DNA from: a virus
IMG/VR virus record: IMGVR_UViG_3300042691_032880
Coordinates: 1-64,000 of that record
Strand: one strand, 5' to 3'
Length of the DNA stretch: 64,000 nt
This document shows, piece after piece, positions 44,239 to 55,000 of this stretch. The position numbers and the translations under genes are program-made. A model generated the notes under the pieces. That model did not search any database and had not been told where the DNA came from. It worked only from the letters and a program-made list of their open reading frames with translations. How positions within the stretch are numbered: position 1 is the stretch's first letter; each line of letters begins with the position of its first letter.

Positions 44239-47200
44239 TACTCGCAGTATGTGGAATTTTCATTAAGTGAATTGAAGGGATTGATTCCGTCATCCTTCAC
44301 AGGCGCAGCAATGGATGCGTCTATCGATTCCCGTATGTTTTTGAGTTTTTTGGAAGAGATCTTGTTTATCATGTTTGTCTCCCTTCCTATACGCATATTG
44401 ACCATTCCCGTAGTAGATGGACGGGTGGTCTTTGCGGCTGCCTTTTTACCTTTCTTTTCGAAACTGGTTTGTACCTGATCAACAGCGTCAGCTACGCTTT
44501 TCTTCTTTGCTCCCTTTTTTGGTTTAGACTCTGCTGGTACTGTCTCATCACCTCGTTTGCGTTTTGAGGGCTTACCAGCTTCAGTAGACTTCGCATCTCG
44601 TTCCTTTTTCGAAGTATTTCGCTTCGTAGCTTTTCGGTCTCTTGCTTGTTTGGTTCCATCCTTGTCTTTTTCTGTAAGTAAGGTATCAATAGGGTTTATG
44701 TATTCCTTGGTAAGCTGTGTAAGGAATCCATTGACAATCGGATTGTTAATGTAAATACTCCACTGTTTCTTTATCTTCTTCCTAAGGTCACCTGCCCACA
44801 GTGCTAACTCAACGAGTTCATCTGCAGTCATTTGACCTCTTGTCTCTGAATTACCAAATTTAGTTCTTAATTCAGTAATATTATCAGGAGTATTGACATT
44901 TATTATCTTGTTCAGCTTGAACTGGTCCATTATCTCCTGACGCACTCTCTTGGTCGTCGACTCTTCGGTAATGACCGTATCTATAGCTGCAATTGCCTCA
45001 TCCAACGCATCACTCATGTCTTGCATATCCTGAGGATCAGTAGGCACCTCAGGCATTGCGAAGTTGATAAAGGCATTGACTACCGCAGCATACTGTTGTC
45101 CCTTATCGGAATTACGAACGCTTAAACGCTGGGGAATCATTTTGACGTTCTTACCCTTGCGTCTTTCCTGTTGCCATAAGAATGCACTCAGTTCTCCAAG
45201 TTCATTATACTCAAGGGTATAATATATACCGTTTATCTGAACAGCTGTAAGTTGCTTTCTTCCTGTAACTTCATCAAAATCAAGGAAATAGTCTACAGCA
45301 AGCTCTCCTTCTTCGGTAGCTTCAATGACAGGATTAGGATTAGGAGAAACAACTGCCGCATTCTCAGGAGCCAGCATTGGATATGCTAGACTCAAACCAT
45401 CGTAGTCATCAGTAGTTGTCTCTTCATTTGACTCTGGTAGACTGGTAACTGCACCATCAGACCATTCAATCGTGAATGCTCCTTCAGGAGTCATTCGCAA
45501 TGTACCACTCTCACCATTCAGAACAACTGTCTGGTCAACATGATTTATAAGCTTCTTTTTCTCATTGTCAAGTTCCTCGACCAACTCTGCACTTTCCCGT
45601 TCCGTAGGTTTGTTCAAAGCGGCTTGGTATTCCTGGTATTTGATTTCTTCAATTACATCCAAGTACTGCCTTAACTTCTCAAAGTTGTCGATTGGAACTT
45701 CGCCTTCACCTGCGATAAGTTCATAGGTCGCAGGTATTGTAACAGTATCAAATGCGATACGGGAACCATCAGGATGCTGATAATGGCGATTTATAGTACG
45801 TTGTGCAGGGTCGCTGCTATCATAAGGAAATCCGTCTGCAAGCTCATCAAGGTTATAACGCATTGCAATGTAAGCGTCAGCTTCATCATATTTGTTTGCG
45901 TCATAAAGATCATAGACCGATATTGGCAGTTTGCTGCGTGCAATAGCTATATCTTCCTCACGCTTAGCTTGTTCCTTTTTGATTTCCTCTTGAGCCTCTT
46001 TGAACATTCCCAGAAGAAGTTCATTCTTCTTCTCTACCAGGTTGTTCATGATCTCCTGTAACTTGTTATAGTTCTTATAGGTACCGTACGGGGTCTTGCT
46101 GAACTCAAGCAAATCCTGCATCAACTTCTGGGTATCCTCGTTTTCAAAGAACTTCTGTCCCTCACTACCGAGTTCCTTGAGCATGTTCAACTGATCGTAG
46201 AGCAATCTTGCATGCGCACCTGCTCTAGCATCCATTGAGTTCTCATAGAACTTGGTCATGTTATCTGGATCACTCAGCAGATTGACCGCCTGCATGTATT
46301 CGTGATGATCCTTTCCAAGAGTTATGTAATCGTATATGTCAGTGATTGCAGAGTAAACCTCCTCCTTGTTTACAACAGAAGTCAATCCCGCCTGTTTGTT
46401 TTTCAAAGCAAGGTATTCGGCAAGGTTGTCTGCCACACTCCTCATTTCTGAGTTTATCCTCGATGCCTTTGGACGAGTGTAACGAATCTTATTGTCAGGA
46501 TTGTTGGGGTCAACCTCCTCGACACTTTCATACATCTCATCTTTTATCTTTTCCAGGAGTTCAATCTCCCTTTGCTTAGAGGCTATTATGTCCTTGGCAT
46601 TCTGATCCAGAATACCAGATTCCTGCAATGACTTTATCTCGTTGTTGAGTATCAGAACCTGGTCAGATATTTCCTTTGAATCCACAATGGTATTCCAAGA
46701 ACTAGCCAGACTATTACCGATACTTTTGAGTTGACTGACTCTTCTGATTATCTCCTCACTGCGTACTGTAGCCTGTTGTCCTTTGGCTTCAGCAAATGCA
46801 ACCGTTTCAATCGCATCCATCAATGCAGCCTTGCGGATGCTGTACTTCATCTTGGATGAAGGATCCTTCATGTATTCATCCAGACTCAACATCAAACCGT
46901 ACTTGGTCTGATATTTGTCATACAACTCACTGAAGGTATTCACATTGGATGCGATTTCATCCATTACCTCCTTTGGAGAGGATTTCTTCAAGTCCTTGGG
47001 TGTGTAACCGAAAGCCTCCTTGAATTCTTTTTCACTGAAGTTTTCACCGTAACCCTTTAGGAACTGGTACATGTAATCCATTGTACCTGTACGCTTTGCA
47101 TACATGACCGCCTGTATGAGAGCGGAATCCTTGTTGTTGAAGTATTGGTATTTATTACCGTTTGCAACCGCATCACGCATGTTCTGACCATATTCGGTCT

Positions 47201-49133
47201 GTAACTTGAGTGTCTTGAGATGCTCGTTCAATACGTTCTTACTTACATCGCTACTGTTATAGAAGTTGTTAAGGACATCTATCATCCTTCCAACCGACTC
47301 AGCTTGTTCTTTTGATTGAGCTGAAAACGCCTTGTGTGCGTATTGCGCGCTGTTTACTATGGGGTTGACAAACATACCTGTCATAGCACCCATCAAGAAT
47401 ACCTTCGCACCTTGTTTACCCAACTGCGATTCAACAGCTTCATTAAATGACTCACCCCAATTGTTCACACCATTGCGATACAAGTCAGTGTAATAGTCTA
47501 CATAGAATGCATTAGTACCTTCTTGCAGGTTTTCCTGGAGACCTTCAACTACTTGAAAATTAGTGACTCCGCGCAATACATCCTTACCGATTTCCCATGC
47601 AAGTACTTTCTTTCCAAAATCCCTTTTGATTTGACCAGCAACACCGATTGTTCCAAACAAACCTTGGAAACCTTTCAGTTGGTAGTGTTTTGGTACACCT
47701 TTTCTGATTACGGTTTTGACACCAAGGTCCCTTGCAAGATCGCTACCTACGGCATTTTTGAGCTGAGTAAGTAACCTGGAATCCATTCCAAACCTTCCAA
47801 GAAGATTCCCAAACATGATCTTATTGCTGATAGCAAGTATCGCAACGTTGGTACTGAAGGTGGATCCAGCACTCTGGAATGCCATGTTTCTACGCTGAAG
47901 ATACTCCTCACCTGTGAGTGTTGTCTTACCATTTAACTCATCTAGAAAAGCATTATGGTCCATGAACTCCTTGTAGTTCGCACCCATTTCAATGGCTGCT
48001 TCACCAGCTGCCATCTGCCATTCTGCAAATGATCTACGGAGTCCACCTGCACCTATCTGCATGATTGCTCCAGTGGTCAACTCAGCATTTCTTGCAGCTG
48101 ATGCAAGTCTTGCAGCATCAGCCATGTGTCCGACAAATGGAATTTTAGATGCAATTTTCATCGCATTGTCCCATACGTTGACACCAGCTGCTGCACCAGC
48201 TAATCCTGCGTTGGTTGATGCATTCATCAACCTGAGATCTTCAACTACAAGCTTACCAGTTCTTGCTGGCTGTTGTAACATGTACCTGCTGGCACCAAGT
48301 TCGAAAGTTCCAGCTTTCGTAGTGGAAAGCTTTGCAATGTCATCCGTAGCGGAAGCATTGAACATTCTAACCACATTACTCCAGAAAGTATTAAGTTTGG
48401 AAGTGGTGTTTGCAGCTTGTCCTGCAACCACACCTGCAGCTGGAGCTACACCACCACGGGACGCAAGTGCTCCTGATACCAAAGATGTTGCAGCCCACTC
48501 AGTACCTAGTTCCGCCAGCGTACCGAAAGTATAACCGAGATTCTGTATTGTTTCAGCAAGAAATCCCTTGGTAAGGAAGTCGTCTTCGGTACCGCGTTCG
48601 TAAAATATCGGATTCTCCTTCTGACTCTTTTCGAGTTCATAAGCAAGCATTTCAGTCTCTCCCTCTGTGGGTTTGAGATAATCCGCATCAAGATTGAATA
48701 ATGCTTTTGCAGCTCGTGGCCATACGTATGCTGATTGTGAAAACGAAGCCATGAAACTGTCTTTGAATCCTCCCCATCCTGTGGCTACTGCATCCCATGC
48801 ATCCCAATTCTCCAACGCAAGCTTTTCGTTGTTAAGCGAAGGCATGTAGCGTTCATTATATATATTGGGAAACTGGTCATACCTCTCTTTTCCTTCCTGA
48901 CTATAGGTTACTCTGGTGGTATAGTCAGCAGCCTCTTGATCCTTACTGTATTTTGCAGAAGCATTGTCAACTGCGGATAAGAAAGGATCCCTCACTGGAG
49001 TAGATGGACTATCCATGTTCTGATCTTCCGCAACAACAGGAGCTGTCAAATTTGCATCAGGTGTCTGCATATGATCAGCAGACAACCCATTCATATCAAA
49101 TTCTTGGGAATCAATACCTAAGATGTTGTCCAT
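44238..49133 (-). CDS. Large cargo/ejection protein
   Basis: 1631 aa; Ala/Gly-rich hydrophobic segments, VEGLQENLQEG motif, FLMGAMTGMF segment, basic C-terminal tail; TAATG-coupled to the RNAP gene. Confidence 0.7.
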   Translation of the reverse strand: MDNILGIDSQEFDMNGLSADHMQTPDANLTAPVVAEDQNMDSPSTPVRDPFLSAVDNASAKYSKDQEAADYTTRVTYSQEGKERYDQFPNIYNERYMPSLNNEKLALENWDAWDAVATGWGGFKDSFMASFSQSAYVWPRAAKALFNLDADYLKPTEGETEMLAYELEKSQKENPIFYERGTEDDFLTKGFLAETIQNLGYTFGTLAELGTEWAATSLVSGALASRGGVAPAAGVVAGQAANTTSKLNTFWSNVVRMFNASATDDIAKLSTTKAGTFELGASRYMLQQPARTGKLVVEDLRLMNASTNAGLAGAAAGVNVWDNAMKIASKIPFVGHMADAARLASAARNAELTTGAIMQIGAGGLRRSFAEWQMAAGEAAIEMGANYKEFMDHNAFLDELNGKTTLTGEEYLQRRNMAFQSAGSTFSTNVAILAISNKIMFGNLLGRFGMDSRLLTQLKNAVGSDLARDLGVKTVIRKGVPKHYQLKGFQGLFGTIGVAGQIKRDFGKKVLAWEIGKDVLRGVTNFQVVEGLQENLQEGTNAFYVDYYTDLYRNGVNNWGESFNEAVESQLGKQGAKVFLMGAMTGMFVNPIVNSAQYAHKAFSAQSKEQAESVGRMIDVLNNFYNSSDVSKNVLNEHLKTLKLQTEYGQNMRDAVANGNKYQYFNNKDSALIQAVMYAKRTGTMDYMYQFLKGYGENFSEKEFKEAFGYTPKDLKKSSPKEVMDEIASNVNTFSELYDKYQTKYGLMLSLDEYMKDPSSKMKYSIRKAALMDAIETVAFAEAKGQQATVRSEEIIRRVSQLKSIGNSLASSWNTIVDSKEISDQVLILNNEIKSLQESGILDQNAKDIIASKQREIELLEKIKDEMYESVEEVDPNNPDNKIRYTRPKASRINSEMRSVADNLAEYLALKNKQAGLTSVVNKEEVYSAITDIYDYITLGKDHHEYMQAVNLLSDPDNMTKFYENSMDARAGAHARLLYDQLNMLKELGSEGQKFFENEDTQKLMQDLLEFSKTPYGTYKNYNKLQEIMNNLVEKKNELLLGMFKEAQEEIKKEQAKREEDIAIARSKLPISVYDLYDANKYDEADAYIAMRYNLDELADGFPYDSSDPAQRTINRHYQHPDGSRIAFDTVTIPATYELIAGEGEVPIDNFEKLRQYLDVIEEIKYQEYQAALNKPTERESAELVEELDNEKKKLINHVDQTVVLNGESGTLRMTPEGAFTIEWSDGAVTSLPESNEETTTDDYDGLSLAYPMLAPENAAVVSPNPNPVIEATEEGELAVDYFLDFDEVTGRKQLTAVQINGIYYTLEYNELGELSAFLWQQERRKGKNVKMIPQRLSVRNSDKGQQYAAVVNAFINFAMPEVPTDPQDMQDMSDALDEAIAAIDTVITEESTTKRVRQEIMDQFKLNKIINVNTPDNITELRTKFGNSETRGQMTADELVELALWAGDLRKKIKKQWSIYINNPIVNGFLTQLTKEYINPIDTLLTEKDKDGTKQARDRKATKRNTSKKERDAKSTEAGKPSKRKRGDETVPAESKPKKGAKKKSVADAVDQVQTSFEKKGKKAAAKTTRPSTTGMVNMRIGRETNMINKISSKKLKNIRESIDASIAAPVKDDGINPFNSLNENSTYCE

Positions 49134-49135
49134 AA

Positions 49136-52027
49136 TTAGAAGTTTACACGTGGATCACTCCAAGGAATGTAATTGGGATTTGTGCTAGCTGCTACACCGT
49201 TATTGGTTATCCTGTTGTAACTGTTTGAAGTGTTTTCGTTATCATAGGATACACCTAAAGTATAAAGGAACTTGTTCACTTTATTGTCAGCATATGCTCC
49301 TGTAGTCGGATTACGTAAATCAGCAACAGTAACACCTGCACTACTACCTGTTGCAGTATTGGCTGTAACATCTATTACCTTGGGAGGTTGGTTCTCATAC
49401 ATGATTGTAGCATATAATCTACCGTCAGCTCCCGCCGAAAGTTTTCCTCCAGGAATAGTCATAGTCAAAGATTGAGGGAAATTGACTTCTCCTGTTGAAT
49501 TTTGTGTAACCTTACTTACCCAACTTCTTCTTGGACTTATATCTTCTTCTTGCATCAGACTGATAAGCCTATCGCGAAACTCATTCTTTACCACTGTTAC
49601 TTTTCCGCTACTTAATTCTATAGTCTGCTGTCTTGGTATCACACCTTCAGAAATAACTTTCTCAAAAGGCATTTTGAATTCCAGGTAGTTTACATCTTGT
49701 CCAGCAACAGCTTTAGATGGGTTCATTCCCAAAGCATTGATCATTTTCTTGGCATTACCTCCTTCACCTGTTTTAACAAGAAGTGGTATTCTTGCCACTA
49801 TGTAATCAGTTCCGCCTTCTTTCTTTCTATATATCATGGTACCCTGGGATCCCATGAACTCAGATAGATTCTGTCCACCTACCGCCAAGTCTTTAAAATT
49901 CTGCAATTCCGTTTCACCATCCATTCCTATGAACTCTCCAGTTTTTCTATCAATTACACCGATGTAATCGGAAGCCTGGATGATCTTTGAGAACAAACTG
50001 TAATCAAAATCTTCAGGTTTTGAAGAGTTTAGCATAATACTGCTGTATTTGGTAGCAGTCAGGTTATCATAGTTCTCAACTTGAGATGTAGGTATTAGTC
50101 TTCTATATATAGCGTCTTTTACATCTTGATTAATATTAGCACCTTCAAGTTTTGCATAGTCAATAGCATATGCATTTCCAGCACCTCTAACTACAAATTG
50201 TCTAATATCAACATTACCAATTGGTACAGGAACAGCACTATTTGCAATGCCTGTTAGATGTTTATTCGTTTCACCCCACATCGATATGTAGTTCTCACGC
50301 GCTACATTAGACTCTCTGAGTTTGTCAAGAGCATAAGTACCAAAATTCTTATCATTCTTTGCGTTCTTACCTACTGCGCTACTAATAGTACCAGATATAT
50401 CTTGCCAAGATGCTTTTAACGGATTTAAATTAGAACCAACAGCCTTCAAGTACCTGCTTAAATGAACAGCTTGTTCTTGAGTAAGTTGTGCATTGTTTGC
50501 TTTAGCGGTTAACGCCATTGAAACCTTTTGCAAATCAAAGTTGATATTATTCGCTCCACTTATTACAGCTGCACCGTTTGCTTGCCTTTGTACCTGAAGA
50601 TTCGCACCTATTGCAAGGATTGTAGGATCATTGTATGCTTGCAAACTTTTATCAAAGTTACCTGCAATCTCTTGTGAATAAGCAGACTGGAGACTGCGTT
50701 TTCCAGCATCAATGAGAGGACCTTTTTCAACACCTTGTACAGAACCTGCAACCTTACCTTCCAGTTCCAGTTTGCGAATTTCAAACTCCTCCTTACGATC
50801 CTGCATCTTTTCAGCATGTGCGAACTCCGCTTGTTTCATTGCCCAAGAATGAGCTTGTTGGTCTTCTTGTAGTGCAACAGGATCACCTGCAAGTGTAACT
50901 TTGCTATTAGCCGCCCACTTCATTGCAAACGCATTGGCGTACTGATTCCTTACTTGACTATAAAACATCTGTCCAGGATTGGAACTAAAGTTCTGGATAG
51001 CCTTGTTCTTCAAATCTTGATCGGATGTCTTGCCATTACGAAGTTTGGTCAACTCATCAGTAAACCTCTCCTTTTGTTCACGAAGCACATCAACATGTTC
51101 CATCAAACGAGGGTCCAGTCCTTTTGGATACTTCTTGCGATAAGCGCGCATCTCATTATCAATGAGACTGATGTTTTGCTCAAGGTCGGTAATATCGTCA
51201 TTATAATCCTTGACATATGCATCAGCAAACTCATTTGACAATTTACCAATCGCAGCTTGTTCCGTAAGAGTCGGATCCTGCGCCATCAAACTTTTTATTT
51301 GTTTGTCAGCTACAACCATCGCTTCTATGGAATCCTGACGATCAAACTTGGTACCTACCGTGTTTTTGTACCATTGATTGAAAGTACCTAGGACTTCCTT
51401 GTTGAGACCGTTGACACGGGTCACCAAGTACTTGTTCTCACTAGTTGTCCTGCTAAACTCCAATCCTTGTTCTTTTGCCATTTTGGAAGCGTATTCAATC
51501 CTGTCTTCCCATGGCATCCAGTTATGTACAGCAGCAGCTTCAATTGAACCGTCGCCACGTTTTGTCTTTCTAAGACGCTCCCTTCCAATATTAAGGTAAT
51601 CATCCATGATAGGACTCCATGTAGCACGTTCATCCTTATTGGTACTGTTCATCATGGACCTGCTCTTTGCAATCTGAGAGTTTTGAGCGGAGGTCTTGTA
51701 CAAATCAGTGAGGTATTCCTTATCATTAGTCAATGGTTCAAACAATGACAACGCCTGCTGCATGTTTGCAGCATTAGCCAAATCCAGGTAAGCTACCTGT
51801 TTAAGGTATCCATCGGCTTTCTTAAGGAAGTCCGCTCTGAACTGTTCGTTATCGCTAGATGATAATTCCCTGTTTATCAAGGAACTATACATCGACTTCC
51901 ACTGGTCTACACCTCTTTCATAACGCTTCTGTAAAGAAGATAATGCCGTACCTAGAAAACTATAGTCTACAGGTGTAGGTGCAAATGTTTGAACGTCGTC
52001 CGTTACACCTTTAATATATGTTGCCAT
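49136..52027 (-). CDS. Cargo/internal virion protein
   Basis: 963 aa, helical/coiled-coil N-terminal half; lies in the cargo block. Confidence 0.6.
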   Translation of the reverse strand: MATYIKGVTDDVQTFAPTPVDYSFLGTALSSLQKRYERGVDQWKSMYSSLINRELSSSDNEQFRADFLKKADGYLKQVAYLDLANAANMQQALSLFEPLTNDKEYLTDLYKTSAQNSQIAKSRSMMNSTNKDERATWSPIMDDYLNIGRERLRKTKRGDGSIEAAAVHNWMPWEDRIEYASKMAKEQGLEFSRTTSENKYLVTRVNGLNKEVLGTFNQWYKNTVGTKFDRQDSIEAMVVADKQIKSLMAQDPTLTEQAAIGKLSNEFADAYVKDYNDDITDLEQNISLIDNEMRAYRKKYPKGLDPRLMEHVDVLREQKERFTDELTKLRNGKTSDQDLKNKAIQNFSSNPGQMFYSQVRNQYANAFAMKWAANSKVTLAGDPVALQEDQQAHSWAMKQAEFAHAEKMQDRKEEFEIRKLELEGKVAGSVQGVEKGPLIDAGKRSLQSAYSQEIAGNFDKSLQAYNDPTILAIGANLQVQRQANGAAVISGANNINFDLQKVSMALTAKANNAQLTQEQAVHLSRYLKAVGSNLNPLKASWQDISGTISSAVGKNAKNDKNFGTYALDKLRESNVARENYISMWGETNKHLTGIANSAVPVPIGNVDIRQFVVRGAGNAYAIDYAKLEGANINQDVKDAIYRRLIPTSQVENYDNLTATKYSSIMLNSSKPEDFDYSLFSKIIQASDYIGVIDRKTGEFIGMDGETELQNFKDLAVGGQNLSEFMGSQGTMIYRKKEGGTDYIVARIPLLVKTGEGGNAKKMINALGMNPSKAVAGQDVNYLEFKMPFEKVISEGVIPRQQTIELSSGKVTVVKNEFRDRLISLMQEEDISPRRSWVSKVTQNSTGEVNFPQSLTMTIPGGKLSAGADGRLYATIMYENQPPKVIDVTANTATGSSAGVTVADLRNPTTGAYADNKVNKFLYTLGVSYDNENTSNSYNRITNNGVAASTNPNYIPWSDPRVNF

Positions 52028-52042
52028 TGCTGATTAACTTAC

Positions 52043-55000
52043 TTATTGAAAAGGATACGGATTGTAATTATATGGATATCCTGGTGCTTGATTCTGTTGA
52101 TTCTTTGCTTGATTTTGAATCTTTAGCAACTCTAGTGTTAAAGCTTGATCATTATTAGTTAATTTTTGCAATTGAGTATACTGATCGTAGATATTTTGCT
52201 GTCCAGAACCTGTAAATGAAGCCGCAGATGGATCAAAATAATAACTTCCAGTTTGAGGGTCATATTTATAAGCAGTTTTTACATTTTCTGCAGCAACCCT
52301 ATCTCTTTGACTTTCAGCAAACATATGTGCAGCCAATCGCTCCTGATTCAGTTTCTTACGTTCGTTCCATTCCTGCTGACCTTGGGTTTCTTTCTCATCA
52401 AGATAACGCTTCATATATCCCAGATTCTGTCTATCAGCTTGAGCCTTAAAGGTAGCATTTTGAGCTAATGCATTGTTTATGATACCCAGATCAATTTGAT
52501 TTTTTCTTGCAATTTCATTGGCAATGTTCTCACTGCTTTGTCCAGACAACTGCAACTGAGCTGCACGCATCACTGAAGGATCTGCAGTAATAGACTGAAG
52601 TGAATCTTCAGTAGTACGCTGAGCACCTTTTATTCCAGCAAACCTTCTTGCCATGTCATCCAAGACATATGGAACTTGTGGAATAGGTTCCTGCTGCAAT
52701 ATCGGAGGAGCACCTTCGTAAGGTTGTTGAGCCATAGCACCATAGTAATAATCCATGGCAAAAGGACTCATCCTAGGAGGAGGATAAACACTTGGACTAC
52801 AAGGAGGACATGCTCCGTTTGGTAGTGCTGGAACTTCTTCCATCTTACCTGTCTTTTTGTTAAGACACTTACAAGGTTCTTTTACAACAGGTTGGCAGTT
52901 CTTCAATGCTTCCTCAGGTGTATCAAAACCTGTACCGTCTGTACTTTCAACAGCCTTTCCATCAACGCACTTGTATTTTTTTGCAGGGTCGCAGGGAGGA
53001 CAGTCTTTTTGATCAAGTACTTCCAGTATTACACCATTCTTATCAGCACAGGGACACTTTATTTTTTGTGGTCTATCTTTAAAGGTAAACCCTTTCATTG
53101 TACCAGCAATCTCTTGTCCAAAATTCCATGCGTTCTTATCATTCGGATCAACAAGAAGTGGTAAGCCTTCTGCTTCCTGTTGACTAAACCCTTGTTTGAC
53201 AAGTTCTGCTACCTGTTTTTCTCTTAGTTTAGTGTACGCCCATTTATTTGCAGCTTGATGTGTATCAACATTTCCTGAACCTTTAGCAATATCCGCTTTA
53301 TATAGAGCTATACCTTTAGCCTCATCTCCACCTGCAGTACCATATTCTCCAAAATTTACACCTAGTTTTTTCAATTCAGCAATCTGACTATCCACACCTG
53401 TCCAACCCATTGCTGTTGGATATACAGGTTGAGTGCCTATCTCTTTTCCTCTGTCGTCATACATAATAGGTGCCAGTGTTCCTTCTTCATTCCATGCATA
53501 TTTTGTGGTTTTTGTTTGTTCGCCTACACCTTTTGTTGTTTGATCTTTGCCTAAACCATAAAACTGCTGAGCATAACTTGGATAATATATCTCAACATCC
53601 ATGTTTTTGCTTTCAGCCAATTTCTTAAGGTAATCTATATATGGGTTGTCTGAAATATCATAAACAGGTCCATCTGTCTGATGCTTTGGAAGACCATTTT
53701 CTCCACCATCTGCAAAGGTTTTAGTCATGGTGTTCTCTGCAGGATCATATACATAAATGACCGAACCACCTGATTTTTTAGTTGGAGAACCTATGTAAAC
53801 AGAAGGATATTGTTTAATAAGACTTTTTAGACTATCTATATCAGCCTGTTCTGTCCAACCTTTATCACGAATCATCTGTTCTATTTCAGCATCAGATTTA
53901 CCTATAGAACCTGAACTTCTCGGTGCAGAAGTCCTAGGTTGTTGATTTACAGGTTGTTGAACTGTTGGTTGAGGTTCAGCTACTATAGGAGTAGTTTGGA
54001 CAGGACCTACTGCAGTATCACCAAGAAGAGCATTATACTCAGCCAACATAGCTGAATCCACAGGAGCTTCGCTGACTATACCTGCTGTAGTATCTGGAAT
54101 AAATCCTGGAGTTGGAACAACACCTTGTTGTCGCAATTCTTCCTCGGTTGCTGGTTTGGATTCACCTGGTCGAGTAAAATAGTTATAAGCTTGTGCTCCT
54201 CCATATACACCTGCACCAGTTAATAAACCCCGTCCTATAGGACTACCTGCTAGCTGCTTTGTCTTTTGCCACATGTTTCCTTGTAACTTTGGAAACGCCC
54301 AAGATGGTAAAGATGGCATTTTCACTTTAGATTTAAGAGCTGAAAGTCCTGCTCCCATAGGCGAACGATAATCTCCAGCTTGATACTGTACTCCATGCAA
54401 TACTTCTGGATTATTTCTTACGTATGTGCTTTTCATCCATGGGAACTCTCCAACATTCCATTTACCAAGGATATCATCAATCATAGCTTGAGATTCAGCA
54501 TTTATCTTACTAGGATCATCGATTAAAGCTTGTGGCAGATTGATTCTAGCTTTTTCTGTAGGAGCATATGCATTCCAAGCATCTATTAATTTTTTTCTTT
54601 CTGTTGGATTTGCCCTAGTAAAAACTTCTGATAATGGTGTACTCTCATCAAAACCTTTAAATGTATTTATGGCCTCATCAATTTTATTTAAAGCATCTTG
54701 TGAATATTCTGGATTTGATTTTTGAATTGGAACTGCATCTCTACCTACAAATAAAGAAGCTCTTTTTCCTTGCATCTTGAAAAGATCGGGTAAAGAAACA
54801 AATTCATCAAAGTCAGAATATCCTCTTTTAACAGGTAAAATTCCTTGAACAGCATCAATAACTTGATTGGGGTCATTTTGCTGAGCATATGCAAACTGTT
54901 CAGCATCCATGATTGTTCCATCTTTAAGCTTATAGGCAGGTTTCACCTTTCCCATCTCCATTCCTTCTACAAATGCCTTTCCTTCAGGATACCTCATTTT

